The notes: generated from the sequence alone by a model not told the origin. DNA of 62,792 nucleotides, filler included, from Hausera hauseri (GCA_046269625.1; 12 parts of 12 records of this genome joined end to end with filler, not necessarily neighbours in it); one strand, 5' to 3'; positions 22,725-36,700 are shown, counted from the whole stretch's first letter. Numbers and translations are program-made.

Positions 22725-23132
22725 TTCCATGAGTTGCTCATTAGTGGACCCTCTACTTTGAAACACCATGTTGTAGATGCATCTTGTCAGATTTAATTTT
22801 ATTTTTGCCATTATGTCTAAATGTTTAAAACTGTGAAAGTCAGGTGTTCCCCCTTTCCAAAAACAGAGATGATTTATTTGTAAGAATTAATTATTTAGGC
22901 CATAACTGAGACATAAAAGGTTGTAATAAGTAGTCACAAGGTTTGAGGCTTAGCAGCTGAGCAGTGAAGCACATTTGTATGGATGAAAGGACCAGCTGAT
23001 GCTGGAATGTCATGTGATTTCTCTGTTTTCCTGGAGTTTTAGTTGCACTGGAAGCTTTGTAACTTTAACACGGTTTGGAATTTTAGTTTACTTTCTTGAC
23101 TTTTCTCAAATTTGTGTTCATGTTTTTCTCAG

Positions 23133-23286
23133 ATGATCCTCCTGCACCCATGTGTCCTGATAAGGTGCAGAGTGTAGATGATTTTGTACCAGATGAAAGA
23201 CTGGACAGAAGTTTCCTAGAGGACAGCATTCCCTCAAAGAGTAAGGTTACCCAACTCGCACCCGCTCCAGCTGCAGACAGCGACAG
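23133..23286 (+). CDS. RABL6: RABL6 internal exon, vertebrate/teleost-like
   Basis: AG/GT boundaries. KVQSVDDFVPDERLDRSFLED..DSDS resembles the vertebrate RABL6 segment SVEDFVPDDRLDRSFLED..DSDS. Confidence 0.75.
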
Positions 23287-23827
23287 GTGAGCTCTTAACT
23301 TCTTTATTACTTGTTTATGTCAAACAGTTCACATTAGCTAATATAGTTGTAACATTTTATGAAATGTAAAACTGCAGCCAAATCAGCTGTGAAAATGTCT
23401 TGGGTCATTTCTTGTTCCTTGTGGACTTAAAGTCTAAACATTCAGTTTTGTTGCATGCTGTTCGACAACAGTGATTCCATAATGGAGTTCACATCGTCTT
23501 TATGCCATAGAATAACTGACGAAGACCTTGTCAAATGCCTTGGCAAGTGTGATCCCGTCTTCCATGAGCTAAAAGTCAATTAACATTTTTTTGATCGCAT
23601 CATCGATACAAGCTCAGCCACGGCGCCCTCTCCGGGTCAGAGCATGTTCCGCCTTACCGACCCATGGATTCTTATTACTAAAGGTAAGTTCTCCTAATAA
23701 TTTAGTTCAATTTAATTTAGTTTAGTCNNNNNNNNNNNNNNNNNNNNNNNNNNNNNNNNNNNNNNNNNNNNTTAATTAATTAANNNNNNNNNNNNNNNNN
23801 NNNNNNNNNNNNNNNNNNNNNNNNNNN

Positions 23828-23867
23828 GTTGTGTTGTGTTGTGTTGTGTTGTGTTGTGTTGTGTTGT
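23828..23867. repeat. (GTTGT)n microsatellite
   Basis: Perfect pentamer run at the contig start. Confidence 0.95.
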
Positions 23868-24106
23868 GAAAAGTAATTGAGATTTTGAGTAATATGAAAT
23901 TTTTCTTTTCGACAACTCAACTTAAGCCTCATTTTCTTATTATAAAACAGAAGGCAAAAACTAGTGTATAAATACGTTATTGATCACATGTACAGCAGAT
24001 GAATGTAAAACAAACAAATATCACAAATGTCAATGACCTGGCTGGTCTGAATTGCATCTTTGTACTGACTGAACTGTTTTGTTACTGACTGAATAATGAA
24101 CGTGTG

Positions 24107-27100
24107 TTATCTCAAACGCCAATGTCCGTAAGCCCAATTTTTATTTCGCCCCACCCACTTTCGCTTGTCATCGTTGCATGACAAAGCAACCTTTCTATTT
24201 GTGATGATCTACAGCTGGTGCTCAATCGATTGTATAATCGTTTGAAACACAACAACCTTTTCTCTTTCTCTGTCTTCCCGTCTTCTTGTCCATCATAGAC
24301 ACGGCAACAATCACAGTGATTTATTTCCGTCTGTTTCAGCTGGATGCCTTTTGCCCGCATTTTCGGCCCACAGTCTGTCAGAAGACTGTATCACTTTGGG
24401 CGCAAAAATATCCATTCACTGTATTGAACCCGGCCTTCATTTTTGTCCTTGAAGCAGCCGATTCTGTTTGTTATCACGCTGCTGTACAGTGGATGGACCC
24501 GTGGGTAGTTAGACGTGTCCAGTAGTTTATCTGACATCATTTGTCGGAGCAACTGGTTTCAATTGATGTTTTTCAGCTCAAGGAAGAAGCTGTCTGTGTC
24601 ACCGGCAACGATACTGATTTCACAGCCGCCGCCGCCGCCGCTGAACATTTGCCAGTAACGTGTCAAGTCGCGATATTGGAGCTCGTACATTCGCAACTTG
24701 TTCAGGTCCAATACCACTTGTCCAATGTAGTTTGGCCGGTCCAATACAACTTATTCCCGGTTTAGAAGCACGGCCACCAATCCATCGGCAATATGCATTG
24801 ACCGCCTGAACTGAGCCTTGATGGTGTACGTAACCATTCGTTTTTCGTTGTTGCACAGGCGCACATTGAGCCACTTCTTCAGATTTTCCACTGCTTTTCC
24901 GTACAGGGAATTGTTTTTGAGCTTGTAATAATCCTTTTTGAACTTTGTACAAGCTGTAGCACGTTTTCCGGAATTCCCATCAGTGTACGCCTTAAATATC
25001 GGCGCCTGATTGAAGCAGATTGAACGATGCAGTTGTGTGACGCGTACACCGAGCTGCATGTAAAACTGCAGCAGACGCCAATGAATCACGTAATTCGATT
25101 TGGGTTCATGTGTCATAAGCAGTTTCTTTACTTTTGAGCCACTGGGTGGACATTGGCTAATTGGTGCGACCGGCAGTTCATTTAGAAAGTCATGCAGCTC
25201 ATCCGGTACCACGAGATCAACTTCCATCAGGTAGCCGACTGAGCTGCTTTCTGTCGTGTTTGCTGCTGACAGACTGTCCAGCAATGTGTCCAGTTCTTGT
25301 TTGTCTATTATCCATTCAAATGAACCGTACGGCAAGGGTTGCGAAAGCGCCCAGCTGTACAGGTTATTAATATCGATGTACAACATTGACGTTGTATCAT
25401 CATCGTCATCACTGGTTAAATGATGCTTGTTGACAAATGTCATGCCGCTACGAATACCAACATCAAATAGTTTGTACATTTCCGGGTTTTGCAACAGCTC
25501 AAAATCCCTGTCCAGCGACATTAGTGCCGATGCCCAACTCATTCCCGGTATGGAGTAAAAGTTTAGCGGCTCCAGCCTATCTTCCGCCAACGTCTTAGCA
25601 CGAAATGTCTGAAACACATCGGATAACAAGTACACGTCCAATTTAAGATACTGGAGCATGTAATCCAACATGTTTCTGAAGCCGAGCTCTGTCCATGTTT
25701 CCTGTGCTCTCCTATATTCATCTTCCGTGATGCCTGTCCATCGAGGCGGCAATTCATCTGTTGTCTGAAGCTGCTTGTACGACACAGCAAAGTCATATGG
25801 GAATATGCCTTTGCTGCGTGAAATGTGTGGGGAACTGAGTCAATGTTAGCGGAACATCCTGCCAGGCATTTACGAGCTTTGCTAGAGACTCGTTGAGAAA
25901 TTGCAAGGAGTCAAGGAAGCGTACCTGGAACCGGTTTATGCGTGCTGAAAGGGACAGGTACTTCTCCATTGTTGGGATTATGGACAGTTCCCAGTGCGGA
26001 AATCCGTTGATGTCCCATTTTAGAATATGGTGACAATCATAACCTCGGAAATTATGAAAGATCACCGGCAGGAATGGCCGCACACGCCTTGCCAAATTGC
26101 ACGAATTGCATGTTGTTCCCAAATATCGACCGGTGAAATGATCATGGCCCGGTACAAGCCGTTCCAGTGCATCAAAAGGCAATATTTTGTGGCACAGGTA
26201 ACATTGATCGGTCGCAGCGAACATCAGCGGTTCATATTAATCTGTCCAAATCAGTGGTTTAGTGGAATTATTGCGATACCACGGCTCGATTTCCGTTTCC
26301 ACTATCGTTTCCAAACACTGCAGGAAATTACGTACACAGTTCCAGCCGTGAAAGGCGTAATACTGCGGCTGACCGACCGCTTTTATTGGGATAATCAACA
26401 TACCAACGGCGATTGGAACGTGCTTTTGATGATACACGTGCCGTGGTAGAATTGCCTCAATATCGGCATATACCACATGCCGGACTGTCCGTTTTCGACC
26501 AGTCACTGAATCCGAGCTCCTTTTTGAGTCGCATGACGTACATGGTTGTTCCCGTTGAATTCAGCTTGCACAGCGCCACATGTTTCTCCTATGTTGTTTT
26601 TGACCTGAAATCATGCAGACACACAGGACACCATTTACATTGTATACGCTTTTGGACAAACTGACGGTGATCCATGTTTAACAGTCTGTCCAAATTGGTT
26701 ATTGCCACGTAGTGAAATTTATCTGCTTGCTCCAACAGCAAAAAATTTACCGAGCATCCATTCGGGTTTCGACTGCGATAAATTATCCACGTGTGGGTTT
26801 TTGTATCTCTTTGTCTTCTGGTATTTCTACGATTATGTTGTACCGGAAAACGTTGATTGCCAGAGTAGTATTACGCCGTTCAAATGTTGGGGTGGATTTC
26901 AGTTTCATCGGCATCCAGCTTTCATCGAATTCCAATTCGGAAAAATATTGCCGATACTGCTTTGTACGATTTGCATGTTTTCTAACCACTTCGTCGTATT
27001 TTAATATAGCCAGAATACTGTAGATAAAACAGTATTCGTCGTCGGTATTTTTTACATTCACTACCTACAGAGACTGCTTTAGAGCTGCAGATGTCGGTAT

Positions 27101-27705
27101 GAATGATCGTCCAGACAAATATATCATATCACTCGACTTCGTTACAATAAAGCCGAGTGTGACAATTCGTATAATTCGCCATCCACTACCCTTTTCCGCG
27201 TAGTTGGCGATTTTTTTTATCCAGCTTTTCGCCTATATCGGCGATGAAATCTTCCGAATACACTACAGCTCGATGTGATGGGTACCATTGTTTCCTGTCA
27301 CCTTGTACGTTTTCAAATTCTGCAAGTGCATAATACTTCACTTTGCAGTGTTTGAATTTCCGCACTTCAGCTTCCAGTCGGTTTCGCACACTTGACGGGA
27401 CATGGCTCAATTGCTTTATTCTGTTCGCGGACGTTTCCACCTTCATGTCCACGTACGATCTGTTTATGTCTTACTTGATGGTAATGTGTGGTTCCTCCTC
27501 CTCCCGCTGTTGCTCCTGTTGTTGTTGCTGCTGCTTACTGCTGCTGCTTTGCGCGTATTCGTCAATGCTTGTGAATGCTTGACGTTTCCTTGTTGTTGCT
27601 GCTGAGGGGATGTTGTTGCTGTTGCTTTTTGTTGCATCTACGAGTGTTTTTTCAACCGCTTAAACTGGTTCAAGTGGTCCTTGTTCTTATTATAGAATTG
27701 TTCAT
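24107..27705 (-). pseudogene. polB: Polinton/Maverick-type protein-primed DNA polymerase B, frameshifted
   Basis: NVKNTDDEYCFIYSILA; YADIEAIL; HDHFTGRYLG..C..CN; FHNFRGYD; FLDSLQF; YLKLDVYLL; YIDINNLY; KLKNNSLYGK; GDTDS; AKGI; KVALSCNDDKR..AYGH. Confidence 0.93.
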
Positions 27706-27946
27706 AGTTGATTTGATCATCATCAACTATAGAACAATCGGGACAAACATAAGCCCGTTTACCTTGCAGCGTTGTGGTTGTGCTATAGTACTGCTCCATT
27801 GCACTATGGCAACCATCAACGTTGTGCCCTTTACTTGTACAGTACCNNNNNNNNNNNNNNNNNNNNNNNNNNNNNNNNNNNNNNNNNNNNTTAATTAATT
27901 AANNNNNNNNNNNNNNNNNNNNNNNNNNNNNNNNNNNNNNNNNNNN

Positions 27947-28200
27947 TACAAGTCATGTTGATCTTCATCTGCCGGATTCCCGTCCTCCTCTGTTTTACTT
28001 TCCTCTTCATCCGGGATCACCACTACAGTGGTTCCCAAACACTGATAAGATGTCATTTTTCTCCTACAAAACGGGCACGACTGATTTTTCGCCAGCCATC
28101 TGTCCGCACAATGGGTGCACATTATATGAGTGCATCTCAATAATGTGTACTTCCTCCCTAGTGGTCCAAAACATATATCACATGGTGTTGTTCCATTTCG
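27947..28200 (-). CDS. RING-HC zinc-finger protein fragment
   Basis: CDIC..CTHIMCTHC..W..CPFCR followed by an acidic tail. Truncated at the contig end. Confidence 0.8.
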
Positions 28201-30954
28201 ATTACCTGAAATTATCTGGAATAAGAAATTTATCATTGTTCCAAGTATATTTCGCAATAAAGTAAAATTTCTTTATTCGAATATTCATTAATCAAAGGTA
28301 TATCCTTATGTTTAAACCTGTGTTCTTCTTGTTCTTCACATTGCTCTGCTCCACACTCGGGGTACCAGTTTATATGTTGTTCCCTTTAGAGAAAAATTAG
28401 AATTGTATTTATTCGAGTACTTCGTTATTCGGGGCAACATATAAATGTTCTTGAAGAAAAACCTAAAGGGCAAGTTCGAGGGCGGTTCGGTATGTAAAAT
28501 ACCTGCGCCTTTGATTATTGGGGTCATAATAAAATCTGTATGATCCTTTTGCTAATACATATCCTCGGTATAACTGTATTTCCTTCACCTCTGGTTTTTA
28601 AAAGAAATCGAATATACAATAATTTCAGAATAATGTATGGTATAAATTTCAATTCCGACTAAATATATACATCTACACACTAGATCATGTCCCAAAATTT
28701 TAAGCATTTGAATTATTGTTTTCTCGGAACCGTATGATAGCACTGCGTCTATAATTCAGTGAATACGTTCATGGCTTTCTCCCACGGACGATGATGAGAA
28801 TAAATTTCACGTTTTAATACGTTTGCGCTTCAAATAATTACAATTGTTTAAGTCTTACGAAACACGTCTTATTTTAAATACATATTTCAATCAAAATAAT
28901 TTCGGTCAGATGCTTACGGATATCTCAATCTGCACGTTCAGTACCTCGTCAATTTTGTGTAGGCACACACGCCGGTCCATCCCTAGTTCACCAAACCATA
29001 TTTTCCATTCAGACCCATCCTTGTAACTTCATATAATTACACACAATTTCTAGAATTTTACTTCCATTCAATCTGTCATCATTCATATACAAATCAATTG
29101 TAAATTGATGATGTGTAAAGTCTTTGTCATGGAGGGTTCTACACTACAGTTGATCGAATGAACTCCATAACTATGACGTCGACCTCTATCAATTCTACCA
29201 GCTCTAGCGACTACCATCTATCATGCAAACTTCTACAAAACCGGGGCACCGAAATTCCTACGAGTACTCCATCAATTTTTACACAAAGGGTTAAAGTGTT
29301 CTTTTTCCAAACTGAACAATCATTACATTGATACACCAAATATGCAGAATATTTAATAAATTGAAATTCACAGGATTATATTCTAACACGTAAGGTTTAA
29401 ATTAAATTCAAGTTTACAAATATATTTATTAAGTTCCAAATGTAAATCGGTGGAAAACGTCTATGAAGGAGGTATAATGACTATTGTTAATTCCATCACT
29501 CAATCCGAGTCGGTCAAAAGGTTGGACAATAAAAGAAAGTAATATTGCATTATCAAAATGTTCGATATTCAAACTTGGAAATACACTGGGGAGACAGTTG
29601 GTTCGCATCCGTTATAGTTTTACAACGTATATTACTTATATATATATATACAGAGTCAAGGTTAAATATTACCAATAAAGGTCTTTAAAATAATCATTCA
29701 AATATATATACGCATTTCACGTTAAGCCCCATCGAACAGGTTAATTCTCGAAAAACAACAGGGTGAAGAATCAAATGTAATCGACAACTAGACTATTACT
29801 GGTCCAAACTGGGTGTAGTTAACATTAATCCCACAATTCCAGTTACTCGGCCGGACATACTTCATTGTTTCACACATTTCGTATTTCATTATTCGACTAT
29901 TACCAATTATAAATATACGTTCTGAGGTCTGGAATAGGACTTTTCATCAATTTCATTTCTCAAGTTTCATTAATATATCCCGGTCTATTTTCGTCATCAT
30001 AGGGGCTTTCATTCCTTGGATTTTCCACTTTTCCAGCTCCATTCTTCTCATTCGAGTACATAACATGTCTCCGTACTCATATCAAACCGTGAGTGATAAT
30101 CGTCTAAATTTGAATTACCCTATGTTCGAAAATTAATATTCAATTAACATGGAATCGCAGATCAAAGTCAACAGGAAGATATCATTTTAGTATTTCAACA
30201 GTTATACTATTTTTAAATACCCCAAGGCCATAATAAATAGAATCATCGTAATACCCCAACGGTCATTCAATCATACTCGTGAAAGGAACTACTATTCCAG
30301 TAATTATTTAACTCTACAACACTATAATTCGGACAATCAAAGGTCTCTCGACGCAACATATTCACGGATTCCATCTCCTTTTTCCAAATCGACGTGGGAG
30401 AATCATAAATTTCTCTTTCATTTATCATTGTCAAAATCATCGACGACCGTATGCCGTAAGAATGTCCCGTCAATCTGTATACGGTACGCAAGGCTGACCA
30501 ATGTCATTTCGGATGTTGAGCCACCACGCCTGACCACGGTTTGACCGAATGTCTCCGTACATTGTCTGATACTAACTCACAAACTACATCCATTTCTCAA
30601 TTTACAATTCAAAACTTTATTGATCACAAATTATGTAAAAAATGATAATAAAATTACAACGAGATGAGGCTAAACATATACCAATAAAATTTTTACCGTT
30701 TCCTTGGCCATGGGTACTAGAGAAGGAATTGTTTCCAGCAGAAGTATTCATTATGAATTGATTAGTCTTTACTCAATGTCTAGATTTTATTAATCTGAAT
30801 ACAACGTTTACTAAACCTACCAGATACTTTCACAAGTAGGTAATTGTTTTCGAAGTGTTTCGCGTCTGTATATCGTGCGTTATATTGAGTTGCGTTTTTT
30901 GTGTGTTGTGTTATTAAAATGCTTCGCGTATTTATACTTAATCCAAGTTTATGC

Positions 30955-31193
30955 AATGACGTTAATGATTTTTAGATTCAATTCGTAAATTCACACAATG
31001 ACGTCAATCTGACGAACTTTGATTTTTGAATTCAATTTTCAGATTCACACAATAACGTCAGTCTGACGAACTTTAGTTTCTGACTAAAATCAGTGACTAT
31101 TGTACTTTGATTTTTAAATTCATTTTGCAAATTTACAATGACGTCAATCTGACGATCTTTGGCTTCTGACTAAAATCAGTGACTATTGTACTT
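30955..31193. repeat. Short tandem array with repeated TGACGT(CA) cores
   Basis: Four CAATrACGTyA units. Longer duplicated blocks CTGACGAACTTT and TTCTGACTAAAATCAGTGACTATTGTACTT. Confidence 0.8.
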
Positions 31194-31487
31194 AATGTAC
31201 TAAATAAGTTTGCAAAACAAGCGACCCAACAATTTTATTTTCAAAATATTACAACTGACAAAATTGAATAGTTTATATTTTTCCACAATTGAACAATCTG
31301 CATTTTTGAAATAACTCATCTCCCGGTGGACGCAACTATACAACAAGGAAAAAGGGGTCACAAATAACTCATAACCAACAGTAGATAAAAACGCCCATCA
31401 TGGAGGCTCAACAATACACATGCAAGAACCTGAAGGTATGTTTCAACAAGGGGTCAATAATCTTTCACAATGTTTAACTGTTTTCGA

Positions 31488-31580
31488 TCAAAATATCTGT
31501 TCGATCAACATCTCTGTCAATAATTGTCGATAAATCAAAATATCTGTTCGATCAACATCTCTGTCAATAATTGTCGATAA
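31488..31580. repeat. Tandem duplication of about 46 bp
   Basis: ATCAAAATATCTGTTCGATCAACATCTCTGTCAATAATTGTCGATAA twice. Confidence 0.9.
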
Positions 31581-32375
31581 TGTGTTAGTGTTTCCACGAT
31601 AGTTTATATGTTTCCAGGGGTTGCCGGTAATCAACCCTAACAACTGCCATCATGGAATTGGCTTGAACAGAGGAGAGCCACATCGTAGAAATCGTAAAAT
31701 GACATTATGGATAGTTCTGGACGGCGCACCGTGAGTCAGAAAATTTGGAACAGTCATTTTACGATCTTCTCCATTCTTCAGAAAAAATTGAATATCGAAT
31801 GGTCCTTGAATTGGTTTTGCTGCCGGATCATGGTTGCCTAAAACGTGATTGATTTGACAGTTAAAGAAACGTAGCTAATACACTTTCAAACAAATTGTAA
31901 ATTTGAACTGTAACTATTAAATAACGTGCACAATAGCTGTTTAAATTTTGTGTCTCTACTTCTTGCTCAGTTATTATATTTTGATAATACCAAAAATTTT
32001 AAAAACTTTTGCGAGGTAGAATTTCAACTCTAAGCAAATGCATTTTTGTCCAGAATAATGCCGACTGTCTGCATGGACAGTTTAGCGAATATTGAAAGAA
32101 ATCTATATTACAACATATGGGCTATGTAAATCCCCTTTGTGACCAAATAAATGGGAGGGGGATTAAGTAAGATTCATCATTCTGTCAACAAACAAATTTT
32201 CGTGTTATAAACCACCAATTTGTGCAAAATTACTGCTATTTATGGGATTATTTATAGTCTCTGATAATGATGTATATTTTCATCAAAAATGGCAAATATC
32301 ATTTCATGAAAAATATATTAATGGCACAGAAAACGTAATCTTTAACGAAAAATATTTGTTATAGAAATGACATAT

Positions 32376-32639
32376 AAGTGGTGCGTCCATTAAGTAATTA
32401 GATTCGACAAGAAATTAACAACCAATTTTATTCAAACTTTCAACAACAAACAAGCAACAAGTCTAGGTTTATTTCTCAATGTAGGTTCCACCAAATTCCA
32501 CGCATTTTCTCCATCGTGACACCAGTTCCAAAAAGCCCTTTTCATAGAAGGTTTTCGGGTATGAAGTTAGCAAATCTGTGACATACTGGTGCAGATCACT
32601 AGCACAATTTTACCTCGAAGAATTTTTCTCGAAAATCCT
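32376..32639 (-). mobile_element. mariner transposon 3' end
   Basis: Minus-strand FYEKGFLELVSRWRKCVEFGGTYIEK* is the mariner transposase C-terminus. TIR-like end near 32376. Confidence 0.8.
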
Positions 32640-33708
32640 NNNNNNNNNNNNNNNNNNNNNNNNNNNNNNNNNNNNNNNNNNNNTTAATTAATTAANNNNN
32701 NNNNNNNNNNNNNNNNNNNNNNNNNNNNNNNNNNNNNNNCGTAGATTACGTTGGGAAATGGAAAGTTTCTATAAACAATATCTGTGAGAATGGGAAAAAC
32801 TACCATAAATTTAGTGAGCTGAAATTTCTGGAGGGTTTGAGTAATGATCCGAATGTTATTTTGGAAGATAGTGGTGCAAACAAATTTTCTTCTAATAATA
32901 AATCATGACAAAATAAATATCACGGTGATAACCGCGGATGTACATCTCGATCTAACCAATATCAATGTGCTACGGACAGATACAATGTGTCAACACTACT
33001 ACACTCAAAATTAGCGTCTTATATTTTCATCTCAGACAGTTGCAACAGTACATGTATTCTGACTGATTTGAAACGAATCCATAAAATAAAAAATGTAAAT
33101 CGACTTATTAGTTGGGCCCCTCTCAGTGGAAAGCGGCCGCGAAAGTTACACTACGTCGCATTTCATCTAATCGAAAATAATCAGGAAAATGAGTTAGTCT
33201 TACAATGCCTGGCCAATTTCAATTTTCTGTCCCATATTCAATTTTTCGGAATTCAGGAATTAATCATTTGGTTGAAATTGTCTTCAAAACGTTATCCATC
33301 AAATCAAATAATTGATATTATTAAGAGTTGTGTAGTGTTTATTGAATCATGGTTAGATTTCGATGGTTTGCAATCCCTAAGACAACAAATTTTGAAGGAT
33401 ATAATTTTTTATATAATCCACTTGAAGTTATGGCAGGACTGAGACATTCTGACCATAACAAAAATGAAACAGTACAATACTTAAATTGTACGAAACAGCC
33501 TGGAGGTTCGATCAAATATTTCATTAACAATAATACTGAAAGTCGTTGTCGAATGCCAATTTTGAAAAGTTTATTCAAAGATGATGAGGGTAACTCTGTG
33601 ACAACTCAGACCTCACAGTCCATTGGAATTTTTCAAAGTAATTTTATAATTGGATATCTTTCTACATTTACGGCGCATTTGATAAACTTTATAGCTTAGG
33701 GACCGAGC

Positions 33709-36700
33709 TTGCTCGATCCCGCTGCACTGCATCCCCTTTCTCTTATTTTTTCTAATAATAAACATTTGTATAAACTGAGTGCTGCATGCAAACATACGGC
33801 ACACATTCTTTATTATGCATTTTCTTCCTTTTTAGGCTCCTCCGATTTTTATTCCATGCACAATGGCCTGACTCTGTTATCTTCCGACTCTCTGTCATCT
33901 TTTGCATTCGAAAAACATTCAATGATTCTCACTATTCTTCTTCGTATCCGTGGTGGATCAAACTCTGACCCTTCTGCCGAAAACTTAACCAAAACTAGAT
34001 CTCGTCGTCGTCCTGCCGACCCTACATTAAACCCATCTCCAAATCTCCGTTGCAAGGATTTTTTTTTCTCGACAAAACAAATTCTTGCCGTACCAAGTTA
34101 CAATTTCAATTGCAAGGGCTTAAAGCCAATTATATCACAGACTTTTTTTGCGGGCGAACATATTGCTGCTACTACTTCCGGCTAATATCAAGCAGCAAAT
34201 CAATAATCTTGCCGACATACTAACCTCTTCAAATCTATATGATATGCTTTATGAATTAGTTCTGCACATTATCGACCCTTCCCTTGACAGAATAATTCAT
34301 AAATACTTTAATGAACATTCCATCGGAAATTAAAAATCATCGGATTTCCTTATAACTGCAATATCCCAACTGAGTTCTTTAGGAGTCAGTCCTATAAACA
34401 ATGCCGATCTTCGTCGATATTTTCTTTCATCCTTGCCAACCTCCATCAGAGCGCTGCTCACGGTAGTAGACGACTCAACGGCCCATGAAAAGCTCACCTT
34501 ATTGGCAGACAAAAAGTTTAACATTTTGCAATCTAATAGTCAACAACCAGTAGCTTTAGCAACCGCTGACACACCTTCACACACAGATAACACTTCATTT
34601 TTACAAAAATCGCAAATGATGCATCAACTGTTTGACGAGTTACAGCCGCCAATTTTGGCCATTATTACCAAACTAAATAATCTTAATGGGCCTCGACAAA
34701 GTGAAACCAGACCTTCAAGGGAGAGAAGCATTTCCAGACACTCAACTCGATCTATTTCACCTGACGGACGCATGATTTGTCTCTATCACACGCGATTTTG
34801 AAGGGATGCTAGCAAATGTTTTTTGGGTTGTCGGTTCTACAGCAAACAATACGCTGTGGACAACCCCATTTGCGTCTATCACAATAAGTTTCTGTCACGG
34901 GCTACATCATGTGTGCCTGGCTGTAAATATTACAACGATAAATTTCCTCGCTTTTCCTTCTCCTATTCGTTTTCTCCAAAACCTTCAAAAAAGTAATAAT
35001 GACGCCAGATTTTACGCCACATTCTGGCTCAGGCAATATCGCTCAATCGTCTGGCCGTTTTAACACCACCTCTGCAGTCTTTCTATTGAAAGCTGTACTG
35101 TTATGCAGAGATACTTTACATATCGACTTCCTTAGAGACTCAGGAGCTGCCTTTTCGCTCCTTGCCTTGTCTTTCGTTCCTACATCGACTATGATTTCCT
35201 GTCCACCCCTTTTTACTGCCAGTGGTCAACTGATGCATGTTGCAGGAACCATAGAATTAACTTTCACATTCGCCAACTTGCCGGATAAATTTGTCTGGAA
35301 GTTCCATGTGGTCAACATTAAATCTCACATAATAGGCTCAGATTTTCTCACCGCACATGATCTATTGGTATATTGCAAATACAGCTGTCTTTTAAGCAGG
35401 AACTCAATTGCAACTCCAAACATGTGTCTTGTGGACAACTTAGCGAGCAATTCACTGCACTCATCTATTAACCTGTTGAACGCTTCGTCATCTATAAAAA
35501 ACTTCCGATAAAGCCGCCAATATTTCCATTATGAACGACAATCATAAGTCTATCCTAAAACAAAAATCCAAATTAGGCGTCAACAGTATCGATGCCAGTA
35601 GCTTTTCGTCAATCATTGAAGCTGTTCTCTCTAATGATATGCCTCATTCATTCTTGTTTCTAGACTCCAATCTTAAATCATACATCATAACGTCTTGCTT
35701 TCGCATAGTTAAAAGGGACATCAACTTCAAGCCTCCATCCACAACTTATCATTACATAGTAACAGAGCGTCATAGGCCGATCAAACAAAAGGTCAAACCT
35801 TTGTCGCCACGCAAACGTAAAACTGTGGAACAGGAATTTAATGAACTGGAAAGGTCTGGCATCATTCAAAGATTGAATTTACCGTGGGCGTCTCCTCTTC
35901 ATGTAGTGGAAAAGAAAGATAGTACCTATAGGCCATGTGGCGAATATCGACAATTAAACAATCTAACTATTACTGATGCCTATCCACTACCACTCATTAA
36001 AGATATTCTTCATGGCCTTAATAACAACAATACCTATTTTATCATTGATCTGCACAATGCCTACCATCAAATTCTTGTTACCCCTGATGACATTCCAAAA
36101 ACTGCTGTCATCACACCATTTGGCCTTTACAAATACATCTTCATGCCTTTCGGCCTATACAGTGTTCTCAGACCTTTCAGCGCCACATTGACACTGTTCT
36201 TTATGGTCTTGATTTTGCTCACACATACATAGATGACATATTAGTCGCTTCCAGCTCCATCAAACAACAACATGAGTACCTTAGAATTATCTTCCACAAA
36301 TTGCATCAAAGCAACCTGCAAATTAATTTCGACAAATGAAATTTCTTCCAGAAGCGCGCCAACTTCTTAGGCCACATAATTACTCCCAAAGGGCATTCGC
36401 CCCAGCTTAACCGCTTACAACAATTAAAAAATGTGACGTTGTCAACTACTACTACCGATATGAGGAGTTTTTTAAGGACATTGCATTTCTTACACAAATA
36501 CGTGCCACACTGCTCCGAACTAACAGGACGTTTCACAAACATCTCATCTGGGAAGAAAAGACAATTAATCCATTGGACTCACGATCTAGTAAACCAATTT
36601 GATCGCCTTCGTGAAGGTCTGAAAACTGTGGAAATCTTGGCCTTTCCAAAACCAAACGCTGAACTCATATTAACTGCCAATGCCTCAACCACAGCAACTG

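Noticed and set aside
31630-31830. Possible Tc1/IS630 transposase N-terminus on the minus strand
   Set aside because: Similarity too short and decayed to support.
32987-33699. Two overlapping ORFs (151 and 116 aa) upstream of the C8 element
   Set aside because: No recognisable motif; a product call cannot be supported.
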